A stretch of DNA of 64,000 nt from Promethearchaeota archaeon (GCA_048937405.1 JBHLNF010000005.1:32001-96000), one strand, 5' to 3'; numbered from the stretch's first letter, positions 1 through 11,010 are shown. The notes: generated from the letters alone by a model not told the origin. Numbers and translations are program-made.

Positions 1-66
1 CCCGTATTTATTTACGAAAAAGGTTTAATTTGTGTAGATGCGAGGATTATCTTAAAAAAAGATTAA
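1..66 (+). CDS. 3' end of an ADP-forming acyl-CoA synthetase beta subunit (ATP-grasp) domain; truncated by the window edge
   Basis: Frame 1 reads PVFIYEKGLICVDARIILKKD*, matching the NP(V/L)xVxxxGxxxVDARI C-terminal motif of ACD beta subunits. Confidence 0.7.
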   Translation, partial: PVFIYEKGLICVDARIILKKD

Positions 67-316
67 ATCTATTTCCAAAAACCAATATTATCTTATTATC
101 CTATATTAATATTATTTCAAAAACATTCTACTTTATATAAGTTTTAAATAATATATGTAAGAAATTACATAATTTTCATTAAATATAAATTAGGAGATTG
201 TTATAGATTTCTTAATTAAATTTTAATTTAGAAAAATTATTTAAGAACAAATATACAAAATTATAGTAATTATTTACTAATTCTTTTTCAAAATAAAATA
301 AATTAAATTGATTTCT

Positions 317-3300
317 ATGAGTAAATCTGAAATAAAAAAGAGAATAAAGGCTTTAATCTTTCTTATCTTAATTATAGGAACATTTTCCACATTTTTAAAT
401 ATAATACCGAAGAGCAGTACCGAAAAGAATATTCAATCTGATGAAATAATTAAAGATGAAACTAACTTATTTGACATTAAAAATGATTCACTCAAAACAG
501 CTGATTATTCTTCAACTACTAACGGAACTGGGAAGAATCTTAATGTTACTTTACATCAGTCGTTAACAAATACAACAGAAAAAGAGTTTTTAAACTTAGA
601 TAATGCAAACACATTTAAAGCGGCTTGTCCTCTAGACACAGATTTTAATTCATCATATATAGATATAACAATAGAGGAAATAAATGCTCCAAATAAATCT
701 ATAATTGTAGAGGATGATAATATTGATAACTGGCAAAATCTAGATCAAGTATTTGCATCTTTTGAAGTTCAAGGAACTGGTTATATTGAAAATATTTCAG
801 TCTTCATGACACATTCAGGAGCAGGTACTTATCGATTAGTAGATTTTTATATCTGTCCTGCTGAAATCGATAATGGAAATTTAAGACCTGTAGATGCGAG
901 TCTTAGTTTATTATATTCAGGTTTAAATGTAACTACTACAAACTGGTATAATATTACCAATATTCATGATCCATTTGATTCATCAACTACAATTAATAAC
1001 ACATTCTTTTTGTATACGACACATAGTACAGGTACAGGAACAATAAATTGGGGAGTTGTTTATGATATTGAAGGTGATGGGGTTAATGAATCAATTGTAT
1101 TAGATTCATCTGAAATGCCTATTACATTCACTTTATTAGAAGTAAATACTATTGATCTTAGATTAAAATTAGGTGTAGCCCCATTAAATAATACCCCCAG
1201 TCCAGAACAAATTGGTTTAAAAATCGATAATAAAACAGCTAATGGTTATGGTGATGGAATTAATTCAGGCTATTGGACCTCTAATGAAACAAAAGAAGGA
1301 ATATTAGGTAGTTTAACGTTTGAATTGAAAGCTGATTGGTGGGAAGTTTCATGTAATATTACAAAAGTTCAAATTAACTACACCAAAACAAATATAAGAG
1401 CTTCTACTGCTTTTAACATATCAAAATATGGTCAGCCAATTGAGTGGAATGCTACTCTTGGCATAATTAATGATTTCAAGACAACATTCGATAATTATAG
1501 AATAAATTTTACTGTTCCAAAAAAATGGAGCAATTTTCAAGCATTTAATGATACAGGTAATAATTTATCAGATAACACAACATTAGGATCACCTCAAGGA
1601 GGGTATATGGAATATCAAATTTACAATGCAAGTAATGGTCCAAATTGGTATATTACTGCAGAATCTGACAATTTAATTCATGCTATTAACACACTTGTTA
1701 ATTCTGTGAAAACTAATACCACTAATTATGGTGAAACTATCGATATTATAGGAAACTTTACGGAAACTATTAAAGATGGTAAGGCTACCGTTGAAATATA
1801 TAGTCCCGACTTCTCAGGTAACTATTTAAACTATTCTAACTATAATGATACTATTACCTCTAATAATGAAGTTGCTCTTGGCAGTTGGATAATTACAGAC
1901 ACCCCTATGGATTATGGTCAGTTTAGAGTACAAGTATTTTGGAGTAATGATACAGCAGCAGGTTTTTTTGAAAAGAATTTAACGATTTTAGCATTGACAG
2001 ATTTATTATTAATAGGTCCTGAAGATCGGGGGCGTTATTATAATAACGACACTTTCAATATTAATGTTTATTATAATGATACAGGTCAAGAATTGCCTAT
2101 AATCGATGCCACAGTCGGTAGTAATAACTCTAATGCAAGACCTTTTTATCCAACTGGCACAGATGGATATTATACAAGAGAAATAAATACAAGTGATTTT
2201 AATTATGGATGGAATTATATTGAAATAAATGCATCAAAAATCTATCACAATAACGATTCATATATTTTTTCATTTGAGAAAATTATTAATACTACAATAT
2301 ATCCAGGCAATATTCGGGATTTTGGAGATATCATAAAAGGAGATACTGTATCTTACTTATTTAATTATTCAGATATTAATCATGATTTTATTGAAAATGC
2401 AGTTATTCAAGAGGTTGATGTAGATCCTAGCTTTATATGGTCTTCGACACCAGAAAGCCAAGGAAATTATACAATTACACTTAATACTACTAACGTTAAT
2501 GCTTCGCCAACTCCTTATATTTGTAATTTTAACATTTCTGCTACTGGAAATGAAACACAGACTATTTCTTTACAACTTAGAGTAGTTATGACTCAAACAT
2601 TCATTGATATTCAATCATATAATTCAACTTTAATAAGAAAAGATCGACTTAATCAAACGGTTACTTTTTATTTCAATGATACTGATAATAATATTGTGAT
2701 TCCTGGACTGAATGCTGATACAATCACAGTTATCGATAACCAGACAGGATTACCAAGATCTAAGTGGCTTTATACTCCTGGACCATCTGGTTTTTATGGG
2801 TTAAATATTAGTATGTTAGGTTTAAATTCTGGATCGATTAGGTTTTGGATAAATGTTTCACTCCCTCCTAATTACAACTGGAGTTTAACCTTTATTGATT
2901 TTTATCTAAGAGGAAATCTTACGGATATACCTAAGATATCTCTTTCAGATCCAAATGGTCAAGGAGCACTAACTACAACTGGAGGTAATTATTCGATTTT
3001 TGAAGAACGCGACTTGTATGTAGATTTCAATATAACCGATACTGATTACAATGGTAATCTGATAACTTCAGCAATGGATTCCTACACAATTGAATTTATT
3101 GAAATAGGAAATTCTACAAACCAAGGATTTTTAAATCAAAGTATAAGTTTTGATGCTAATACTAATTCCTTTAAAGGGTATCTCTCAATTACAGAACTTC
3201 CTAGAATTGGTGCTTATACTTTAACAATAAGAACTACAAAAACTAATTATGAAGAAACTGATATTAGTTTTAATTTGATTATAAAGGCGAGATATATTGT

Positions 3301-4999
3301 GGAATTATCAGTTGTTTCTCAACCAGAGGAGGTAACTGCTGGAGATACTTTTAGAATAATATTTGAAGTACAATACAACAATGGCTCCGATTGGTTCCCT
3401 TTAGAGGCCTCAACTATTATAATCACACCCATTTTTAATAACATAGTTTCACAAGAAGTTCTAACTAAAAGTACAAATAATACCGGAGGCGTATTTTTTG
3501 ATATAACTGTAGCCAGAGATGTCCTTAATATGAGTTTATCAGTTAGATTAGAAGCAGAGTATTACCATGCAGAATCTTTATTAGAAATCTCAGATATTAG
3601 TATAAATCCAGCACCCTCAGGATTTAATTTTGAAGATTTATTACCATATTTAATAATAATTGGTGCTGCTGTTGCTGTTGGAGGAGGTTCATTTGCGGTT
3701 TATCGAGGTGTTATTGTTCCAAAAAAGCGAGAAAAAGCTCGTATTCTTACAGAAGTTAAAACCATATTCGATGACGCTATAAGTTTAGAACACGTTTTAG
3801 TTTTATATAAGGGTACTGGTGTTTGTATCTACTTTAAATCATTTGGTTCAGAACAAATTGATCCCGAATTAATATCTGGTTTCATTTCAGCAATAAGCAG
3901 TTTTGGTAAAGATTTGGTATGTCAAGAAGAATTGAATGAAATATCCTACGGTGATAAAATGCTACTTTTATCTGATGGGGAATTTATAAGAGTTGCTTTA
4001 GTATTAAGTAAACAAGCCTCATTGATTTTACGGAGGAATTTAATGGAATTTATTCATACATTTGAAAAAGTTTATGCGGAAAATCTTCCAAAATGGAGGG
4101 GACAATTAAATATATTTAGAGATGCTGGAATTATTATTGATGATATTTTTAGTACCTCAATTATTTTACCACATGAAATAACTTATGAACATTCTAGTGT
4201 TAAAACATTGAAGAAACCTCAGTCAAGAGAAGTTATTAAAATTGCAGAAAATTTAATGAAAGATTCAGAAAGGAATTTTTTCTTTATAGCAACTTTATTA
4301 AAAGAATCTACTGAAAAAACAGGTAAAGATACAGCAGAGGTTTTCATGGGTATTAAAGAATTGAGAGATAATAAAATTTTGATGCCCATTGAAATTTCTA
4401 CAATTGAGAAAAAGCCAATTTCCCAACAAGAGATAAATCTTATAAACCAAAAAGTTGGAACTTTAGTTAATCTATCACCTGAGGAAAGAGAGAAATTAGT
4501 AAATGATCTTGCACAATTAGGACCAGCTGAGAGAGAAGCTTATTTTGTAAGTATAAAAGAACAGCATGAAATTGTTTCTGCTCCAATTGAATCCGAATCA
4601 GAAATAACTATAATTGAAAACCAAAAGCAAGCTAATAAAGAAATTAAAATCTTAAAAAAGAAAGCTTTGAATGCTAAGAAAGAAAAAGATTATGAAAAAT
4701 GCCTAAGAATTTATCAGAATGCGGCAAAGATCGCACTAGATTGGGAAATTACAAAGGAGTCTTATGAATTAGATGATACTATTCGAAAGACTAAAATTGA
4801 AGATCTTACAATAAAAATGAAGAATCTTGAAAAAGAAGCTAAATTAGCTGCAAAAAAAGAGAAATTTAATGAGGCAACTCAAAAATATAAGGTATCTTCA
4901 AAAATTGCTTCCGAAATATTCAAATTAGGCGTAGATGACATGACAAAAGAAGTTAAAAGGTTAACAAATAAATCAAAAGAATATGAAAAATTAATATAA
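317..4999 (+). CDS. Giant membrane-anchored surface protein: beta-rich glycosylated ectodomain, TM helix, cytosolic longin-like domain and helical/coiled-coil C-terminus
   Basis: ORF 308..4999, ATG at 317. N-terminal basic plus hydrophobic segment (KKRIKALIFLILIIG). About 1100 aa Asn/Thr-rich region with many N-x-S/T sequons. TM LLPYLIIIGAAVAVGGGSFAVY followed by basic residues. Longin-like motif VLVLYKGTGVCIY...IDPELISGFISAISSFG. Lys/Glu-rich helical tail. Confidence 0.75.
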   Translation: MSKSEIKKRIKALIFLILIIGTFSTFLNIIPKSSTEKNIQSDEIIKDETNLFDIKNDSLKTADYSSTTNGTGKNLNVTLHQSLTNTTEKEFLNLDNANTFKAACPLDTDFNSSYIDITIEEINAPNKSIIVEDDNIDNWQNLDQVFASFEVQGTGYIENISVFMTHSGAGTYRLVDFYICPAEIDNGNLRPVDASLSLLYSGLNVTTTNWYNITNIHDPFDSSTTINNTFFLYTTHSTGTGTINWGVVYDIEGDGVNESIVLDSSEMPITFTLLEVNTIDLRLKLGVAPLNNTPSPEQIGLKIDNKTANGYGDGINSGYWTSNETKEGILGSLTFELKADWWEVSCNITKVQINYTKTNIRASTAFNISKYGQPIEWNATLGIINDFKTTFDNYRINFTVPKKWSNFQAFNDTGNNLSDNTTLGSPQGGYMEYQIYNASNGPNWYITAESDNLIHAINTLVNSVKTNTTNYGETIDIIGNFTETIKDGKATVEIYSPDFSGNYLNYSNYNDTITSNNEVALGSWIITDTPMDYGQFRVQVFWSNDTAAGFFEKNLTILALTDLLLIGPEDRGRYYNNDTFNINVYYNDTGQELPIIDATVGSNNSNARPFYPTGTDGYYTREINTSDFNYGWNYIEINASKIYHNNDSYIFSFEKIINTTIYPGNIRDFGDIIKGDTVSYLFNYSDINHDFIENAVIQEVDVDPSFIWSSTPESQGNYTITLNTTNVNASPTPYICNFNISATGNETQTISLQLRVVMTQTFIDIQSYNSTLIRKDRLNQTVTFYFNDTDNNIVIPGLNADTITVIDNQTGLPRSKWLYTPGPSGFYGLNISMLGLNSGSIRFWINVSLPPNYNWSLTFIDFYLRGNLTDIPKISLSDPNGQGALTTTGGNYSIFEERDLYVDFNITDTDYNGNLITSAMDSYTIEFIEIGNSTNQGFLNQSISFDANTNSFKGYLSITELPRIGAYTLTIRTTKTNYEETDISFNLIIKARYIVELSVVSQPEEVTAGDTFRIIFEVQYNNGSDWFPLEASTIIITPIFNNIVSQEVLTKSTNNTGGVFFDITVARDVLNMSLSVRLEAEYYHAESLLEISDISINPAPSGFNFEDLLPYLIIIGAAVAVGGGSFAVYRGVIVPKKREKARILTEVKTIFDDAISLEHVLVLYKGTGVCIYFKSFGSEQIDPELISGFISAISSFGKDLVCQEELNEISYGDKMLLLSDGEFIRVALVLSKQASLILRRNLMEFIHTFEKVYAENLPKWRGQLNIFRDAGIIIDDIFSTSIILPHEITYEHSSVKTLKKPQSREVIKIAENLMKDSERNFFFIATLLKESTEKTGKDTAEVFMGIKELRDNKILMPIEISTIEKKPISQQEINLINQKVGTLVNLSPEEREKLVNDLAQLGPAEREAYFVSIKEQHEIVSAPIESESEITIIENQKQANKEIKILKKKALNAKKEKDYEKCLRIYQNAAKIALDWEITKESYELDDTIRKTKIEDLTIKMKNLEKEAKLAAKKEKFNEATQKYKVSSKIASEIFKLGVDDMTKEVKRLTNKSKEYEKLI

Positions 5000-5268
5000 T
5001 TTTCTTTTTTTTAATTTTCCTTTTTATTTTATTTTTATATCATAAGTGCTTTTAATGATTCTATTGAAAAATGTTATAGCTTTTCCTAAAAATTTGTAAA
5101 TTTTATGAGAGAAAAATGTTTTAGAAATATTCTATTTTGAAATATTAGTAAATCCATTAAAGAGTTTAGCTGAAACCTTTTTAGAAATAACATCAAAGAA
5201 AAAATGAGATAGTTGAAAAATAAAAATTTAATATTAAAAAAGAATTCTATTTAATCCTATTAGCAAAA

Positions 5269-6534
5269 TTAGTCAGATATACCATTCTCAGTTATAGAGA
5301 AAATGGCTTCTCCCTCAGGCAAGTTGGGAGCATCAACAACTTTGGCTATTCTTTGTTCTCCTTTGCCTTTTCTTAAATAAACTCTAATTGTGGAACCATG
5401 AGCAACAACATTTCCTCCTGCAGCCTGTAATGGATTTCCATAGAAAACATCAGGTTTAGATTGGACTTGATTTGTCACAACCACAGCTAAATCTGCATAT
5501 ATATCACATAATCGTAATAAATCATGTAGATGTGAATTAATTGTTTGCTGACGAGATGCTAATGTACCACGTCCTATATATTCGCTTCTAAAATGTCCTA
5601 TAAGAGAATCTACTATAATTACTTTGATATTTTTCTCTTTAATCAAGTTTGCTGCTTCTTTAATTAAAACAATTTGGTGATCTGAATTATAAGCTCTTCC
5701 GAATACTATGTTTTTTAGTACTTCTTTATGATCTAAATCTAAAGCTTCAGACATTTGAATTATCCTCTCTGGTCTAAAAGTTCCCTCTGTGTCAATATAT
5801 AAAGCCCTTCCCCCAATTCCTCCTTTTTCTTCTGGTAATTGAACATTAACACATAATTGATGCATTATTTGTGTCTTGCCAGTTCTAAATTCTCCAAAAA
5901 ACTCAATTACACTACCAGTTTCAACTCCTCCACCTAATAAATCATCTAACTCTTGGCTACCTGTAGTTATCCGAGCAATATTTTTTCTATGTTCCCACAC
6001 ATCTTCAGCAGATTTAAATCCAATATTTAATTTTTCCATAGAAGCCTTGATTAACTTACTTGTTGTCTTTTCACCAAGGCCAGATGAGTCCTGAATAATA
6101 CTAGGAGGTGTAAATGCGATAGATTCTAGACTTGAAAAGCCTGCTTTTATTAATTTATTTAGAGTTGCTTCTCCAACCCCCGGAAGCTTTTTCACAGCAT
6201 TAATGCAATCTTGCAAACTATCCTCCACATCTAAAATGTTTTCATCTTCAGAATACTCATCATCATCTAATTGATTTTCAACTTCAATCATATTTTCTTC
6301 ATTATCAATTTCATGAAAGACTTCATTTAATTCTGCTTCATCATCATAATCATCATTGATTAATTCATTAATTTCATCTTTATTCTCATCATTATCAGAA
6401 TGCTCAAATAATGCAAAACTTAAATGATCTTTATAGATTTTTCCTTTTGTATGATTTCTTTTACATTCTTTACAATAATAAGGTTCTCCCATTTCAAATC
6501 GATTATTATTTTCAATATTTTCTGCTTTAGCCAT
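5269..6534 (-). CDS. radA: DNA repair and recombination protein RadA with an N-terminal CxxC..H..H and acidic extension
   Basis: HhH motif LPGVG, Walker [21 protein letters not shown], Walker [33 protein letters not shown]. Confidence 0.96.
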   Translation of the reverse strand: MAKAENIENNNRFEMGEPYYCKECKRNHTKGKIYKDHLSFALFEHSDNDENKDEINELINDDYDDEAELNEVFHEIDNEENMIEVENQLDDDEYSEDENILDVEDSLQDCINAVKKLPGVGEATLNKLIKAGFSSLESIAFTPPSIIQDSSGLGEKTTSKLIKASMEKLNIGFKSAEDVWEHRKNIARITTGSQELDDLLGGGVETGSVIEFFGEFRTGKTQIMHQLCVNVQLPEEKGGIGGRALYIDTEGTFRPERIIQMSEALDLDHKEVLKNIVFGRAYNSDHQIVLIKEAANLIKEKNIKVIIVDSLIGHFRSEYIGRGTLASRQQTINSHLHDLLRLCDIYADLAVVVTNQVQSKPDVFYGNPLQAAGGNVVAHGSTIRVYLRKGKGEQRIAKVVDAPNLPEGEAIFSITENGISD

Positions 6535-6764
6535 AATTATTCACTTTTAAAAAGAAAAATAAGTGTTATTTTTAAAGATACTTTTTATTATGAATAGTTG
6601 TATCCTTCTTTATTTTAAGTAGAATAGAGTTCTAATTTTCAAATTTTTGTTTAATAAAAACATCAACTGTAAGCGACAATATTTTTTTTTTAAAGTGAAC
6701 TAAGAAATTCTTTTTGAATTTTTTTGATAAATTGCAGATTGATAAAATAATAAAACATAATTAG

Positions 6765-6900
6765 ATTAGACTATTAAAACGAGTAAAATTGTACTCATTA
6801 TATTTCAAATAATAATATCAACAATGTTTTGTTGTATTATTTGTGGCATTAGTCCGATTGCCTCTATCCCATCCGCTGAAATGGCATTTGGGAATGCTTT
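6765..6900 (-). ncRNA. Putative TnpB omegaRNA/reRNA scaffold overlapping the tnpB 3' end
   Basis: Minus-strand hairpins CCAUU/GAUGG, GGCA/UGCC with a GGACUA loop, AAUAAU-CAACAA/UUGUUG-AUUAUU and GAGUA/UACUC. The loop GGACUA (6850-6855) can pair with UAGUCU (6768-6773) as a pseudoknot. Confidence 0.55.
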
Positions 6901-8013
6901 TTTCATGATATTATATGCTCCATTTACATCAGCATTGAGTAAAACACCTTTGGAGGTTTTAAACAGCCCTCTAGATATTCTTCTTCCTACATAAGTTGGA
7001 TGTTTTTCAATTGGTTCATTATCTAAGAAAGAACATTTAGAACTATGACTTTCATTAATAGTCATAACCTGGATTCCTTTCAATTTAGCTTTATATTCGA
7101 GTTGATTCACTAATTTCAGGAAAGGGATTTGTACAAATTTCTGATTATTTCTTCTTCCAATGTTGATCTTTTGCTTCCATCCATGATTAAATCCTATTAC
7201 AATTGTCCCAATGTTATTTTGAACACAATACTCAATTACATTCTTAGAGACTCGATGAAAAAATGTAGTAATTTTATTGTTTCGAGTTAAATGGAGTCTT
7301 TGAATCCGTTTGGTATCAGTGAAATTACCTTTCTTATTTTCAATACTCCTATAATATGCCAATTGCTTGTTATAATATTGATTTATAGATTTTACCATCC
7401 CACCTTTAATAATAAACGGTTTGCATCCATTATTATTTACCACAGTTATGAGATTATTCAATCCTAAATCAATACTTAACATATGAGCTTTATCTAACTT
7501 TAAGTCCCTCACTTCTTTTTCATATATAAGCTCAACTTTATATTTTACTCCTAAAGGGACTATCCGCACTTCTTTTAATCTTTTGGTGATTCTTGTTTTA
7601 ATTGGTTCTAAATTCACCTTTTTAGGAAAATACAAATATCCATTCTTAATTTTACACTGTTGATTAGTGAAAATTACTACAGACTCTCCACTTTTCTTTT
7701 TATATCGTGGAATTTCGGGTTTTTTTTTAAATTTCTTGAAATTTCTTTTATATTCTTCTAGTCCTCTAAAATAAGACTTCCAAGCTCTATTCACGTATTT
7801 GAGAATTTGTTGTGATGTTTGAGAGGGTAAAATTCGATATGCATCTTTATTTTTTAGAATGAAATCTAAATCATAGTATGATAAGAGAGTATTGAGATTA
7901 AAGAAATGTTGTCTCACATACCAATTCGCTAAATTGTAAAGATTCTTAGCTAAATGACTTAAGTGTGATAATTCTAATGAATAGTTTACTTGGATAACTT
8001 CGGTTAATTTCAC
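6805..8013 (-). CDS. tnpB: TnpB RNA-guided endonuclease (IS200/IS605 superfamily, IS1341-like, no tnpA)
   Basis: N-terminal AKNLYN helix, RuvC-I SIDLGLNNL, IVIGFNHGWKQ, NESHSSKCS, RuvC-III LNADVNGAYNI. Confidence 0.92.
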   Translation of the reverse strand: MKLTEVIQVNYSLELSHLSHLAKNLYNLANWYVRQHFFNLNTLLSYYDLDFILKNKDAYRILPSQTSQQILKYVNRAWKSYFRGLEEYKRNFKKFKKKPEIPRYKKKSGESVVIFTNQQCKIKNGYLYFPKKVNLEPIKTRITKRLKEVRIVPLGVKYKVELIYEKEVRDLKLDKAHMLSIDLGLNNLITVVNNNGCKPFIIKGGMVKSINQYYNKQLAYYRSIENKKGNFTDTKRIQRLHLTRNNKITTFFHRVSKNVIEYCVQNNIGTIVIGFNHGWKQKINIGRRNNQKFVQIPFLKLVNQLEYKAKLKGIQVMTINESHSSKCSFLDNEPIEKHPTYVGRRISRGLFKTSKGVLLNADVNGAYNIMKKAFPNAISADGIEAIGLMPQIIQQNIVDIII

Positions 8014-8179
8014 ATTAATAATATTAAAAATTACTGCTATTTAAAAAAACATAGTGTTCAGATTAACTAATCTTTCTAATAATAATATCAAATGAACATA
8101 AAAGATATAGTTTTTATAAAAAATACTCACTATATAAAGATATTAATAAATATACTTAATTTCTAGAAATATAATAATC

Positions 8180-9415
8180 ATGAAACAAAATATCAATTTA
8201 GAATATTATCCGAAAATTAGTGATAAATTAATCAATGATTCGATAAATATTATTACAAGTAATAAAGACTTGTGGGATCCTCCTTTTTTCTATGATACCG
8301 AAAGCTATTTAGATATGGATAAAATCCAGCAAACAGTTAATCCTTTTATTACAGATGAACTTAAAAATATAATAGTTTTGGGTACAGGAGGATCTATTCA
8401 AACTTTACTTGCTTTAAAACACTTAGCAAAAAGGAAGATATTTCCTGTAACTAGTTCTAGAACTGTAGAATTAAAGGGATGCTTTGATAAAACTTCTCCT
8501 GACAATTCTATTGTAATTCCTATATCGAGAGGGGGAGAGACTTTAGATATTAATTCTACCATTGGAACATTTTTAAAAAATAACTACAAATTCATTGGCT
8601 TATCATCTGCAGGGACCATGAATGAAATTTTAAAGAACATCGATTGTCCTATCTTAGAAGTGCCCAACCTTTCTGGTCGGTATGCAGGATCTGTAACAAA
8701 CGTGGGAATTGTACCAGCTTTCATTGCAGGCATTAAAATAGAAGATTTTCTGAAGGGATTAGAAGAAGGTTATAAGATATTTTCCAAATATGAAAAAAAT
8801 CCTGCTATAGAACTGGCAACTTTTCTCTTTGAATTGTATAAAAAAGGGTATAATGTAGTTTTTTCAATGCCTTATTCAAAAAATCTTGAGGGAAGCGTTG
8901 GATTATGGGTTCAAGGAATATCAGAAAGTTCAGGTAAAGATGATAAAGGAATGATAGGTACTTATCAATCAGCTCCGATTTGTCAACATTCTATTTTAGA
9001 ATATTTGCTAGGAGGGACTAAGGGTGTGGTTATACCAATATTGTGGACTATTAATAATGATAGATCTGATATTATTCTAAATTCTTCAATCTCATATGTG
9101 GATAGTCAAAGTGCTCAATCGATTGTGAATTATCAAGCAGATGCAACCTTTCAAGCCTTAATCCAACAAAGAGTACCATCAGCAAAAATATCAATTGAAG
9201 ATCCCTCAGAAATTAATATGGGATATATGATTGCACTAATTTTATCATCAATTTATTATCTTTGCTTATTGATAAATGTTAATTGGGCAAATAATCCAAA
9301 AGTAATTATAGGAAAAAAAATTTGTAATCAGTCACTCATAGAAAAGGCAACAGTAGAACAAAGGAAAAAAATTAGAGAAAAAATTGCTGAAGAAAAGTTC
9401 AAAAATTTCTTTTAA
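8180..9415 (+). CDS. pgi: Divergent glucose-6-phosphate isomerase (SIS-domain PGI family)
   Basis: VLGTGGS, ISRGGETLD, SGRY, QGISESSGK (catalytic Glu), QHS (His), C-terminal PKVIIGKK (Lys). Confidence 0.7.
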   Translation: MKQNINLEYYPKISDKLINDSINIITSNKDLWDPPFFYDTESYLDMDKIQQTVNPFITDELKNIIVLGTGGSIQTLLALKHLAKRKIFPVTSSRTVELKGCFDKTSPDNSIVIPISRGGETLDINSTIGTFLKNNYKFIGLSSAGTMNEILKNIDCPILEVPNLSGRYAGSVTNVGIVPAFIAGIKIEDFLKGLEEGYKIFSKYEKNPAIELATFLFELYKKGYNVVFSMPYSKNLEGSVGLWVQGISESSGKDDKGMIGTYQSAPICQHSILEYLLGGTKGVVIPILWTINNDRSDIILNSSISYVDSQSAQSIVNYQADATFQALIQQRVPSAKISIEDPSEINMGYMIALILSSIYYLCLLINVNWANNPKVIIGKKICNQSLIEKATVEQRKKIREKIAEEKFKNFF

Positions 9416-9440
9416 AAGAAAATTCCAAATTGCATTATTT

Positions 9441-10886
9441 TTAAGTTTGACTTATAAACGCTTCATATAAGATATTAATGGCTTTTGAACAACTTTTTCT
9501 CTCTATAATTGCAGTAAAACTTAACTCAGAAGAACCTTGAGCAATTGCTAGAATATTAATATTATTATTCCCAAGTGTAGTAAATACTTTTCCTGCAATT
9601 CCGGGAGTATCAACGAGACCCGGACCAATAACTGCAACTAAAGAAATATCATTATCGATTTTTATTCTAAACCATTTTTTCCCAAACAAATCAGAATTTC
9701 TCAACAAAAAACTAACTTTTGTTGAATCACTATAATCAATTCCGATTGTAATATTATTTTCAGAAGAACTCTGGGAAATAAACACTGTGTTAATATTATT
9801 ATCACCCAATAATGAGAAAAGTTTTGCAGCAGTTCCAGACAATGGAACCATTGTATCACTCTCAATTGTTACCATAGAGAGTTCGTAAATTGATGTTACG
9901 GCTTTAACTGTTTTTCCATCTTTTATTATTTCTCTTGTAATGGTTGTAAATTCTTTTGATTCTGGTTCATCAAAATATCTTATCTCTGAATGGATATTTC
10001 CTTTTTCACTTACATCGAGACATAATGGATGTAACACTTTTGTACCAAAGAACGCAAGCTCTTTTGCTTCAACATATGATATTTGTTTTAGAAGAGAAGT
10101 TTTTTTTGAAATTTTTGGATCCGCATCTAAGAATCCTTTCACATCTTTCCAGTAGATAATTTTACAGTTAAAGAATAATCTTACTGAATAACCTAATACT
10201 GCTGCTGTTAAATCAGTTCCACCTCTACCTAAAGTAGTAATCTTTCTATCCATTTTTGTTGAGCCAAAATACCCTGTTACACAAATTATGTAATTAGTGT
10301 TATCATTTAATAGAGGGATTAATTTTTCCTTGACTTGAATCTCAGTTTCTTCTAATAATGGTAGAGCCTGTCCAAAATTATCATCTGTAATTATAAGCTC
10401 GTGGGAAGATACAAATTTGGTTTTAATTTTTATAGAATTTAAATATTGAGTTATAATAAAGGTACTTAATTTTTCACCATAAGATACAATAAGATCCTGA
10501 ATATCATTGCTTGGTCTAATAAGTTGAATGACCTTCCCTAATTGAGTTAACTCTTCAACATTTTTTCTTAGAAATTCTTTTGAATTCATGAATTCTTCAC
10601 TTCTAGAATTAAAAATCTGATTTATTAGTGAATTATGGATATCATTAATTTCTAACAGTAAGTCTTCACAATCAGGGTTCTCTTTACAAGATTCTGCATA
10701 AAGTTTAAGGAGTTTATCAGTTACTCCCTTAAGCGCAGAAGTAACAATAATTAACTTGGATTCTTCTATATAATTACTGATAATTTTTGTAATTTGTTCA
10801 AATGATTTGGCATTTTGGAGACAAGACCCCCCAAATTTCATAATAATTAAGTCTTTTTTTTTACTCTCCAAATTAACCAACTCCAT
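9441..10886 (-). CDS. lysC: Aspartate kinase with two ACT domains
   Basis: MKFGGS, SYGEKLS, TTLGRGGTDLTA, KDVKGFLDADP, EAKELAFFGTKVLHP, ACT motifs ISQSSSE and IAQGSSE. Confidence 0.93.
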   Translation of the reverse strand: MELVNLESKKKDLIIMKFGGSCLQNAKSFEQITKIISNYIEESKLIIVTSALKGVTDKLLKLYAESCKENPDCEDLLLEINDIHNSLINQIFNSRSEEFMNSKEFLRKNVEELTQLGKVIQLIRPSNDIQDLIVSYGEKLSTFIITQYLNSIKIKTKFVSSHELIITDDNFGQALPLLEETEIQVKEKLIPLLNDNTNYIICVTGYFGSTKMDRKITTLGRGGTDLTAAVLGYSVRLFFNCKIIYWKDVKGFLDADPKISKKTSLLKQISYVEAKELAFFGTKVLHPLCLDVSEKGNIHSEIRYFDEPESKEFTTITREIIKDGKTVKAVTSIYELSMVTIESDTMVPLSGTAAKLFSLLGDNNINTVFISQSSSENNITIGIDYSDSTKVSFLLRNSDLFGKKWFRIKIDNDISLVAVIGPGLVDTPGIAGKVFTTLGNNNINILAIAQGSSELSFTAIIERKSCSKAINILYEAFISQT

Positions 10887-11010
10887 TATTTTTATAATAT
10901 TTATTTAAAGTATTACATAAATAAAAAGAAAATTTAAAACTTAAACATTAATTTATAAAGAAATTCAGATTATCGTATTAAGTTTTATAAAATTTATAAA
11001 GTGAATTACG

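Larger units (their letters stand above)
6765..8060 (-). mobile_element. Non-autonomous IS1341-type element (tnpB only); boundaries approximate
   Basis: Isolated tnpB between radA and a pgi-like gene; structured 3' end; no transposase; left end not identified. Confidence 0.5.

Noticed and set aside
5269-6534. Intein in RadA suggested by the extra length
   Set aside because: The ATPase core is uninterrupted around Walker A; the extra length is entirely N-terminal
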